Below are positions 46,274 to 58,200 of a stretch of DNA of 64,000 bases, one piece after another. The notes under the pieces were generated by a model. That model worked only from the letters and a program-made list of their open reading frames with translations. It was not told where the DNA came from and did no database searches. How positions within the stretch are numbered: position 1 is the stretch's first letter; the number at the start of each line of letters is the position of its first letter. Source of the DNA: Pristiophorus japonicus (lineage: Eukaryota); the NCBI RefSeq assembly GCF_044704955.1, contig NC_092010.1:36084001-36148000 (forward strand), written 5' to 3'. The translations under genes and the position numbers were made by a program.

Positions 46274-49200
46274 GTAAGAGAAGCTTCAATCCAGCTCCTC
46301 CGTGCGATGTATTATTAGCCACCAGCTCCGTGTCTGCTTTCGCGCTTTTCTTTCTAGACGGCCCGGCAGAGACACATCCAACCAGGGCACAGGGTTTATT
46401 ACAATGCCTGGATTCTGGAGAAGCACTTTAAAACAAAGTAAAACTGTAGTCACGTGTAAATTATCAGTGTATTTAAAGAATATTTGCTCATACGTATTGG
46501 TGTTCTAATTTCTATATTACTTTCCACGAGATATTAAAGGAATTCAAATGTCAGGTTTAGTAGCTGTCTCAAGAACTGGCAGGCAATCTGATCTAAATTT
46601 ACTTTCAATAATTGTTTTAGAATTGTATATAGTGATGGCTGCAGCTATTCTTCAGTTCCCATACTTGTTTCTGGGGTGTTGTGACCTCAAGGGTATAGAA
46701 CCCCGCAGCTTAAGAGTGTGTAGGCAGAGAGGGAGTGGGTGACCGCCAGACAGAAGAGGAGGACTAGGCAGGTAGTGCAGCAGTCCCCTGAGTCCATCTC
46801 ACTCTCCAACTGGTATTCTCTTCTGAGTACCGGTGGGGGCGACAGTGTCTCTGAGGAGTGCAGCCAGAGCCAAGTCCACGGCACCATGGGTGGCTCAGCT
46901 GCACAGCGGGGGAGGTGGGTGAATGGAAGAGCTATTAGAAACATAGAAACATAGAAAATAGGTGCAGGAGCAGGCCATTCAGCCCTTCTAGCCTGCACCG
47001 CCATTCAACGAGTTCATGGCTGAACATGAAACTTCAGTACCCACTTCCTGCTTTCACGCCATACCCCTTGATCCCCCGAGTAGTAAGGACTTCATCTAAC
47101 TCTCTTTTGAATATATTTAGTGAATTGGCCTCAACTACTTCCTGTGGTAGAGAATTCCACAGGTTCACCACTCTCTGGGTGAAGAAGTTTCTCCTTATCT
47201 CGGTCCTAAATGGCTTACCCCTTATCCTTAGACTGTGACCCCTGGTTCTGGACTTCCCCAACATTGGGAACATTCTTCCTGCATCCAACCTGTCCAAACC
47301 CGTCAGAATTTTAAACGTTTCTATGAGGTCCCCTCTCACTCTTCTGAACTCCAGTGAATACAAGCCCAGTTGATCCAGTCTTTCTTGATGGGTCAGTCCC
47401 ACCATCCCGGGAATCAGTCTGGTGAATCTTCGCTGCACTCCCTCAACAGCAAGTATGTCCTTCCTCAAGTTAGGAGACCAAAACTGTACACAATACTCCA
47501 GGTGTGGCCTCACCAAGGCCCTGTACAACTGTAGCAACACCTCCCTGCCCCTGTACTCAAATCCCCTCGCTATGAAGGCCAACATGCCATTTGCTTTCTT
47601 AACCGCCTGCTGTACCTGCATGCCAACCTTCAATGACTGATGTACCATGACACCCAGGTCTCGTTGCACCTTCCCTTTTCCTAATCTGTCACCATTCAGA
47701 TAATAGTCTGTCTCTCTGTTTTTACCACCAAAGTAGGGGATTCAATAGTCAGGGGAGCATACAGGCGTTTCTGTGGCCGCAGACGTGACTTCAGGTGTCG
47801 GGTGTTAAGGATGTCACCAACCGGCGGCAGTTCACTCTGGGGGAAGAGGGTGAACAGCCAGAGGTCGTGGTCCATATTGGGATCAATGACATAGGTAGAA
47901 AGTGGGATAAGGTCCTGCAGACAGAGTTTAGGGACCTCAAAGGTAGTAATCTCCGGATTACTCCCGGTGCCACCATCTAGTGAGTATAGAAATAGGAGGA
48001 TAGAGCAGATGAATGCGTGGCTGGAGAGATGGTGCAGGAGGGAGGGCTTTAGATTCCTGAGGCATTGGGACCGCTTCTGGGGAGATGGGACATGTACAAG
48101 CCGGACGGGTTGCACCTCAACAGAGCCGGGACCAATATCCTCGCGGGGGGGGGGGGGGGGGGCGGTTGCTAGTGCTGTTGGAAAGGGTTTAAACTAGCCT
48201 GGCAGGGGGATGGGAACCTGAGAATAGATTCAGTAGGGAGGGGAGTAAAACTGGAATTAGAAAGCAAAAATGTAGAAAGTGAGTTTGAAGGACAGAGGAA
48301 ACAAGCAGGAAAAAAATGGCAAAAAAACAAATTTAAAAGCTCTTTGTCTAAATGCACGTAGCATTCGTAACAAAATAGATGAGTTCACAGCACAAATAGA
48401 TACAAATGGGTATGATCTGATCGCCATTACAGAGACGTGGTTGCAAGGTGACCAGGACTGGGAACTAAATATTCAGGGGTATTTGACAATTCGGAAGGAC
48501 AGACAGAAAGGAAAAGGAGGTGGGGTAGCACTGTTAATAAAGGATGGGATCAGTGCGTTAATGAGAAACGATATTGGCTCACAGGATCAAGATGTTTAAT
48601 CAGTTTGGGTGGAGATAAGGAATAATAAAGGGAAAAAGTCACTGGTGGGTGTAGTCTATAGGCCCCCTAACAGTAGCTACAGTGTTGGACAGAGTATAAA
48701 TCAAGAAATAATGGAGGCTTGTATTAAAGGAACGGCAATAATCATGGGTGATTTTAACCTTCATATTGATTGGACAAAGCAAATTGGCCAAGGTAGTCTT
48801 GAGGAGGAGTTCATAGAGTGTATCCGGGATAGTTTCCTTGAACAGTACGTTGCAGAACCAACCAGGGAGCAGGCTATCTTAGATCTAGTACTGTGTAATG
48901 AGGCAGGATTAATAAACGATCTTGTCGTGATCCTCTAGGAATGAGTGACCATAACATGGTTGAATTTCAAATTCAGTTGGAGGATGAGAAAGTTGGTTCT
49001 TAAATCAGGGTCCTAAACTTAAATAAAGGAGACTGCAAAGGTATGAGGGCAGAGTTGGCTAAAGTGGACTGGGAAAATAGACTAATGAATGGGATGGTTG
49101 ATGAGCAGTGGCAGACATTTAAGAAGATATTTCATAACTCGCAACAAAAATATATCCCAATGAGAAGGAAAGACTAAGAGAAGGGATAACCCGTGGCTAA

Positions 49201-52200
49201 CTAAGGAATTACGGGAGGGTATCCAAATTGAAAACAAAGGCATACAATGTGGCCAAGACTAGTGGAAGGACAGAGGATTGGGACCTTTTTAAAAGCCAGC
49301 AAAGAGCGACTGTAAAAAATGATTGAGAGGGAAGATAGATTATGAAAGTAAACCATCACGAAATATAAAAACAGTTAGTAAGAGTTTCTACAGGTACATA
49401 AAAAGGAAAAGAGTGGCTAAAGTAAATGTTGGAACCCCTGGAGGATGAGACTGGGGAATTAATAATGGAGAACAGGGAAATGGCAGAGACGTTGAACAAA
49501 TATTTTGTATTGGTCTTCACAGTAGAAGACACTAAAAACATCCCAATAGTGGATAATCAAGGGACTATAAGGTAGGGAGGAACTTAATACAATCACTATC
49601 ACTAATGAAATAGTACTAGGTAAAATAATGGGACTAAAGGCGGACAAGTCCCCTGGACCTGATGCCTTACATCCTAGGGTCTTAAGAGAAGTGGCTGCAG
49701 AGATAGTGGATGCATTGGTTGTAATCTACCAAAATTCCCTGGATTCTGGGGTGGTCCCAGCAGATTGGAAAACCGCAAATGTAACGCCCGATTTAAAAAA
49801 AGGAGGCAGACAAAAAGCAGGAAACTATAAACGGGTTAGTCTAACATCTGTCGCTGGGAAAATGCTGGAGTCCATTATTAAGGAAGCAGTAGCGGAACAT
49901 TTGGGAAAGCATGATTCATTCAATCAAGCAGAGTCAGCATGGTTTTATGAAAGGGAAATCATGTTTGACAAATTTGCTCGAGTTCTTTGAGGATGTAACG
50001 AGCAGGGTGGATAAGAGCAGGGAACCAGTGAATGTGGTGTATTTGGATTTCCAGAAGGTATTCAATAAGGTGCCACATAAGAGGTTACTGCGCAAGATAA
50101 AAGCTCACGGGGTTGGGGGTAATATATTAGCATGGATAGAGGATTGGCTAACTAGCAGAAAAAAAGAGAGTCGGGATGAATGGGTCAATTTCCGGTTGGC
50201 AAACAGTGACTCGTGAGGTGCCGCAGGGATCGGTGCTGGGTCCTCAACTATTTACAATCTATATTAATGACTTGGATGAAGGGACCGAGTGTAATGTAGC
50301 CAAATTTGCTGATGATACAAAGATGGGTGGGAAAGAAAATTGTGAGGAGGACACAAAAAATCTGCAAAGTGATTTAGACAGGCTAAGTGAGTGGGCAAAA
50401 ATTTTGCAGATGGAGTATAATGTGGGAAAATGTGAGGTTATCCACTTTGGCAGAAATAATAGAAAAGCAAATTATAATTTAAATGGAAAAAAATTGCAAA
50501 GTGCTGCAGTACAGAGAGACCTGGGGCCTTGTGCATGAAACACAAAAAGTTAGTATGCAGGTACAGCAAGTAATCAGGAAGGCAAATGGAATGTTGGCCT
50601 TTATTGCAAGGGGGGTAGAGTACAAAGGCAGAGAAGTCCTGTTACAAGTGTACAGGATATTGGTGAGGCCACACCTGGAGTACTGTGTACAGTTTTGGTC
50701 TCCGTATTTAAGGAAGGATATACTTGCATTGGAGGCTATTCAGAGAAGGTTCACTAGGTTGATTCTGGAGATGAGGGGGTTGACTTATGAGGATAGGTTG
50801 AGTAGGTTGGGCCGATATTCATTGGAGTTCAGAAGAATGAGAGGTGATCTTGTCGAAACATAAGATAATGAGGGGCTCGACAAGGTGGATGCAGAGAGGA
50901 TATTTCCACTCATGGGAGAAACTAAAACTAGGGGATATAGTCCTAGAATAAGGGATCGCCCATTTAAAACTGAGATGAGGAGAAATTTCTTCTCTCGGAT
51001 GGTTGTAAATCTATGGAATTTTCTGCCCCAGAGAGCTGTGGAGGCTGGGTCATTGAATATATTTAAGGCGGAGATGGACAGATATTTGAGCGATAAGGGA
51101 GTAAAGGGTTATGGGGAACGGGCAGGGAAGTGGAGCTGAGTCCATGATCAGATCAGCCATGATCTTCTTGAATGGCAGAGCAGGCTCGAGGGGCCAAATG
51201 GCCTACTCCTGCTATTTCTTATGTTCTTATGAGGCCATTCGGCCCACCATGCCTGTGTCAGCTCTTTGGTAGAGCGATCCATTTAGTCCCACTCCTCTGC
51301 CTTTTCCCCATAGCACTGTCATTTTTTCCCTTCAAGTATTTATCCAATTCTTGTTTGAATCTGCTTCCACCACCCTTTCAGGCAGTGCATTCCAGATAAC
51401 AAAACTCGCTGGGTAAAAGAATGTTTTCTCATGTCCCTTCTGTTTCTTAAGTGTAGTGTTGGAAGAGTGTTTGATGCCAAGTTCAAAGTCAACTCCCAAT
51501 AAAATGTTATTCCCGCAGTATGCTGCCTTCCTTGGGGCAGTATTTCTTCACTTAGCTCACGATTGTGATTTTTATGCATTTTGCCTTGAAAATTCATCTA
51601 AAGTGAAAGTGCATTTGCAACGGTAGTGCAGTATATTGGGGTTTTAAAGGGCTGTGCCATGCAGTGGCAGCACATAGACTTGTCCTTTGATTCCTCACAA
51701 TGGGTTTGCATTCTCAGCCATATGGACGCATCAGGCAGAGACTAGGGGTTGCTCAATCGGGACGAGAGCTGCCTACTCTCGGCTGGGGTATGGTATATGA
51801 TGTGATGCAGGAAGAACACCTTGTGCCAATTGTTTTTAAGTGTGTGCGCGCAATTTGAAAGTTACAGGGAGAAATTTTGTACTAAATTATTAATAGACAA
51901 ACAGACAAGTACAGTAAAAGTACGAAATATAAACAGTGTCGGAAATACTCAGCAGGTCAGGCAGCATCTATGGAGAGAGAAAGAGTTGACATTTCAGGTT
52001 GGTGAGTTTTCATCAGAACTGCTCATCAACCTGGAACGTTAACTCTCTTTCTCTCTCTACTGATGCTGCCTAGCCTGCTGAGTATTTCCAGCACTTTCTC
52101 TTTATATTTCAGACTTCCAGCATCTGCAATATTGGTAAAAGTAAGTGTGCTTGCCTGCGTGGGCACATTAAAGTCTTACATGGGCGGCTTTACTCACATT

Positions 52201-55200
52201 CATGTACAGTACTGTAATAGCTGAATTTCTCTGCTCTGTTTACCATTCAAAGACCAGTGTCTGATGGCCAGTATGGGGTCACCAGAAAGCCAGCTGAAAT
52301 GTATAGTGCACAATTCCCTGACGTGTTTTACAAAACCTTCTGTGCGCAAAGCAAATACACCAGATATCCAGCTGAAATATATAATGTGTGATTCCCTGCA
52401 GTGCTTTCCAAAACCTGAGCGCAAAGCAAATACACCAGAAAGCCAGCTGAAATATATAATGTATGATTCCCTGCAGTGCTTTCCAAAACCTGGGCGCAAA
52501 GCAAATACACCAGAAAGCCAGCTGAAATATATAATGTATGATTCCCTGCAGTGCTTTCCAAAACCTGGGCGCAAAGCAAATATACCAGAAAGCCAGCTGA
52601 AATGTATAGTGCATAATTTCCTGCCGTGTTTTACAAAACCTGAGCACAAAGCAAATATTTTGCTGCAGTATGCAACCCAAACATTTGTCCACTAATCTCA
52701 AATGTTGACCGTGCCCCCTTTATTAACAGTGTAATGATGGTCCCCAGTGAGTTGGCTAGTAAACTGTGTACCTGAATCATAGACTCGAAGGTCGCAGCTT
52801 TATTTCCTGGTCTGTGCTGAGTGACCTGATCTCAGCCAGGCTACAGGTACAACGTCTCAAATCCAGCAACCTCAGGACCGAGACCGTGCTGGTTTTCGCA
52901 TTTTTCCAGATTTTGGACAAGGAAATCAATAAAATCAGTCGCCTGTCTTTAACAGACAAAGTACTATGGTAGCATGGGTCAGGTCAGGCTGGGTCGAGGG
53001 TCATTCACCAAGGCTCGGACCAATCGCACGCCACTTAAAACATAGCGGCAAAGCCGATAGCTAGTCTGGCCCGCTGTTTTTTGGACAATAATTCCGGATT
53101 TTATTTTACTGAATATCAAATGGGATCTTCTCAAAAATGTCTGGTTTTTGGACACTTTCAATTTTCAGACAGCCGGATTTGAGACATTGTACCTGAAATA
53201 CAGTTGGTCTCGGTGCTCATAGACCAGTGAGAAAAAAATTGGCCAAAGTTCCAGCTTTTGATTGCTGTCCAGTGATCCTTGCTGAAGTCTGCATGTGTGT
53301 GGACAGGATCTGGTTCACTAGTGATGCATTTTTCCTTTCCCTCTCCTCCCCCAGTACAGTTGGAAAACAGCAGCATACCCTCATTGTGATAAAACTGCTT
53401 ACAGATTAATTGCTGACTTTCTTATTTTATTTTCCCCCCCGCTTCCTCCTCCCCCCCCTTCCTCTCCCCTACCCCAGGCTTACTGGTCACCCGTTGTCAC
53501 CATTTTTTACAACTGCGAAGAGGAGTTCTTTAAGTTCAGCCATCATCTCAAAGGTCAAACGTTTGAATGCAAACTATGAACGATTTCTGGAAAGAAACTT
53601 TCCACGTTTTTATGTGATCTATTCAACCTTTTTCAAAGGTGAGTTAATGGTCAGAAGATACTGATCATTCATTTTTCAGCAGTAACCATGACAAAAGCTA
53701 TGGGGGCGGGTGGTGAGGGTGTGGGAGAGAGCACACAACTTGTGATATACCAATACAATATAGGGAAAAAGTCAAAATTGCATTTACTGTCCATTGCTAC
53801 AGTTTCGGAGTTGCCCATTACATTTGGTGGCGTTCACTACATTAACAGAAAGTGTCTTTAGTCCCTCCTCAGTAAGTAAGCATTGCCCAGTGTAATATTG
53901 GACCGTACAGACCAAAAGATTTAATTTGTGGTCTGGTGCATTGCCGATGTTGGACAGGGCTAGAGTTGGGAGTGCTACAATTCACTTAAGAGAAGGAGAA
54001 CACAATCAGCCAGGGTTCCCACTCCCAATTGCTATTCAGTGACCACATTCAACAACAACCGCTTGCATTTATATTGCACCTTAACTTACAAAAGTGTCCC
54101 AGGATATTTCACAAAGGACGAAAGGAATGGATGCTGAGCCGTTGCAGGAGCAACAGAAGTGATCAAAAGCTTGGTCGAAGAGATAAGCTTTGAGGAGCCT
54201 TTTAAAGCTGGAGAGGGGGAGTGGGGAAGGAATTTCAGAGAGTAGGGTTGAGATGGCTGAATGTGCCACTAATTATAGAGTGGAAGGGGAGAGGATTCAC
54301 AGGACCGTAGTCAAGAGGGTCAGAGGGCATGGGAGGCGACGTAGACTGGAAGGGGTTGCTTAGGTAGGGTGGGGGTGATGTACACAAGACTGTAGTCAGA
54401 GGTCATGGGAGGGGAGATAGGCCGGAGGGCGTTGTAGAGGAAGGGTGGGGTGAGGCTGTAGAGGGATTTGTGGATGAAATGAGAATTTTAAATGCTATGC
54501 TTTTATCGGACAGGGAGCCAGCGCAGGTCAGTCGTGGATCTATGCCCCAGTAGAGTCGGTGTCTCCAGGAGGAGGATAGAGTACAAAAGCAGAGAAGTCC
54601 TGCTCTACAACTGTACAAGGGTATTGGTGAGGTCACACCTGGAGTACTGCGTGCAGTATTGGTCTCTGTATTTAAGGAAGGATATACTCGCATTCAGAGA
54701 AGGTTCACTCGGTTGATTCCGGAGATGAGGGGGTTGACTTATGAAGATGGGTTGAGTAGGTTGGGCCGATACTCATTGGAGTTCAGAAGAATGAGAGGTG
54801 ATCTTATCGAAACATAGAAGATAATGAGGGGGCTCGACAAATTGGATGCAGAGAGGATATTTCCACTCATAGGGGAAACTAAAACTAGGGGGCAGAGTCT
54901 CAAAATAAGGGGCCGCCCATTTAAAACTGAGATGAGGAGGAATTTCTTCTCTGAGGATTGCAAATCTGTGGAATTCTCTGCCCCAGAGAGCTGTGGAGGC
55001 TGGGTCATTGAATATATTTAAGGCGGAGATAGACAGATTTTTGAGCGATAAGGGAGTAAAGGGTTATGAGGAGCGGGCAGGGAAGTGGAACTGAGTCCAT
55101 GATCAGATCAGCCGTGATCTTATTAATCAGCTCAATTAATAGCAGGCTCGAGGGGCCAAATGGCCTACTCCTGCTATTTCTTATGAAGTTGGGGGTGGTG

Positions 55201-58200
55201 GTGAGGGGGAATATTATGAGCGGGTCTGTTTGAGGTCCACAACCTTTTCATGGTGTTACACTGGTATTTCTTGAAATAAAATGCAGTGCCCAGTCCATTG
55301 TTGAAAGTTCTGAATCGGGAGTTTCCTGACTGTCAAGGCTGTGACTAGTTAACAAAAATTGCAAGTAAAAGTGGGAAATCAAATCCATTAAATATATTTG
55401 TACATATACAAATATTTAAGATACGATGAAGTACTAGTTTTTACTCTGCTGCATTTTTGCTAAAATTACTGAAAACAGGAATTTTGACCGTACAAAAACT
55501 ATTGGCTCAGGAGAATATTGGAACATTGTGTTTTAAACAGTTTAATCAGCATGAATGTAACATTTAATCTAAAGAACTTTTGCCAGTTCTCTTTTCAGTT
55601 TCTTAGTATTTGACAAATTTTGAAGACATCTAATTTCTTATATAATTTATTGCTTTCTCCCCTGTCCGTAGTCTCCCTTGCAGCAGGCACAATCGTGTAC
55701 CTATGCCTCTACTATATAACCGGTCATTAGGAGACTCCTGAGAGAGGCTCTTCTCAGTGGTTTAGTTGAGATCAGGGACTCAGCATTGTGAGAATGTGTA
55801 TTCGTGGTGACGCTTCTTTGTCTAAAAGTTATTTTTTACATTGTCAAATCTACTCACGCAAACAAGCTGTGAGCATTATTCCACTTCCATTTCCCTGGCC
55901 TGTCTTCCTCTTTCAAAATTCGCTTGTCGTGCTTTCTTTCTGATTCTCTGCACATTCACAGATCGGCCTCAGTGAATGGTGGAGAGCATTTGTGCGTGTT
56001 TCTTCATCTCCTTTATCTACATTCTTACGAAATCCTGTGTTGTTGCTGTTAGAAGCACACCATCACTGAAACAGATTATCTGGTCATTATCTCATTGCTG
56101 TTTGCGGGAGCTTGCTGTGCGCAAATTGGTTGCTGCGTTTCACACATTGCAACAGTAATCATCATCATAGGCAGTCCCTCGGAATCGAGGAAGACTTGCT
56201 TCCACTTCCAAAGTGAGTTCTTTGGTGGCTGAACAGTCCAATACGAGAGCCACAGACCCTGTTACAGGTGGGACAGACATTGGTCGAGGGAAGGGGTGGG
56301 TGGGGCTGGTTTGCCGTGCACTCCTTCCGCTGCCTGCGCTTGATGTCTTCACGCTTCAACGTACTTTATTGGTGCAAAGCTCTTTGGGACATCCTGAGGT
56401 TGTGAAAGGCACTGTAAATGCAAGCCGCTCTTTCTTTCATAGAATCTTATGGCACAGAAGGAGGCCGTTCAGCCGCTCATGCCTCTACCAGTTCTTTGAA
56501 ATAGCTATCCAATTAGACCCACTCCCCTGCACATTCCCCATAGCCCTGTCATTCTTTTCATTTTCAAATATATATCCAGCTTCCTTTTGAATGTTACTGT
56601 TGAATCAGCTTCCACCATCCTTCGATGCAGTGCATCCCTGATCATAACTCACTGCGTAAAAAAATCTCCTCTCCCTCTAGTTCTTTTGTTAATTATCTTA
56701 AACAGTAATTGGATTTTCGTTATTGATAACTTCTCACTTTGTGTATATTGCAGGTTTCCATTTATTGTTTCTTGACTTCAAGGAAGTCAGTGTAATAAAG
56801 CATAAGATGGCTGACCAGGGGCTAAAGTACAGCCAACTGCCTTACAGAGAAATGGAGAAATTAAGACAGGTGAGACTCTCTTTTTCCACATAGTAAGTGA
56901 CGGTCACTATGCTGCACAATGCCACATTCCTTTGTTGTTCCCATTCCAAGCAATGACATATGAAGACACCGTTGTCTTCACAGGATAATAATTGTTCACC
57001 TTTTTCTCCATTTGTGTATGCGTTATCCTTGTTCTTCTGGGTCTCACACCCTGGACTCTGGCTGAGAAAGTGGACACATTCAGATATCTCCAAAGCTTCT
57101 ACCAGTGCCACTTAAAGGTCTGCTGATGGTTTTGGGATGCAGGGTGGGTCTTAGGCCACAGGGTACCTGATGTTGGAAATGGAAATTGCCACTTTGATGT
57201 AGATCTGTCTGGTCCTCTGAGATTGGAGCAGAATGGAAGGAGCTTTACTCTGCATCTAATTGTGCTATAACTGATCTCGGAGTCCTCATTGTTGGCACTA
57301 AATGCCTGAAATGGAAAGTGTCCCATTTCACAACACTAAGTCCCTCACCTTGATGAACTCACAAAACAAAGAACTGAAGTAGAAATTGAAGCAACAAGAA
57401 TTATATTTCATTTTGTAGTGAGCAGTAATTAATTCAGTGACATATTCAAGCTTTGTACGTCTGTGTTTATGGAACTACATACTGTGCAACGATTTCAAGT
57501 CAACTGTCAGTGTTGGCTGCTGGTGACATCTGACGTTTTAGCAGTAACATGTAAAAAGCTTTTCTCTTCCAGTTTCGCAGGGATGTTATAAAGGTGTTAC
57601 CTGTGGTGCTTCTCTCAATTCCACCATTTGCAAACTATATCGTGTTTATGTTGATGTGAGTATTTTAAGAATTAATTTTCAATGGTGCTCTAAAGTTTGA
57701 CAGTGACAGGTCATGTCAATCCGGCCTTATTTCTAAATACCTTGTGAGCAAAGCTTTGAACTTGTGTACCATAAAATACTATGTATTGACCATAGTAGTA
57801 TAAAAAGCACTTCGCCAGCTGGCAAATAATGCTTTTGAGATGGTTGGAAAGTATAGCTTGTGCTCGCAACTCATTCACAACCTGTATAAAGCTGTAACCT
57901 ATAAGCCAGATTGTAAGGTAAATGGAACAAAGCACATTTCTGGAAGTTTTAGCAATTATTTTGTACACGTCCCTCTTGTACTCTTTGGTTTTAGTAACAT
58001 CATCATGCCCCCTAGTGGAAAATGATAATTCTGAAAATGGATTCATTTTCTCTGAATCGTAGAATTTTACAGCACAGAAGGAGGCCATTCGGCCCATCGT
58101 GCCTGTGCCAGCTCTGAAAGAGCGATCCAGTTAGTCCCGCTCCTGCTCTCTTTCCCCATAGCCTGCTAATCCTTCCTTTTTAAGTATATATCCAAATCCC

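Noticed and set aside
52200-52701. Repetitive ORFs of 140-149 aa as a novel protein, or the array as CRISPR
   Set aside because: Intronic 75-bp tandem repeat with no spacers and no convincing gene structure; open frames follow from the unit length.
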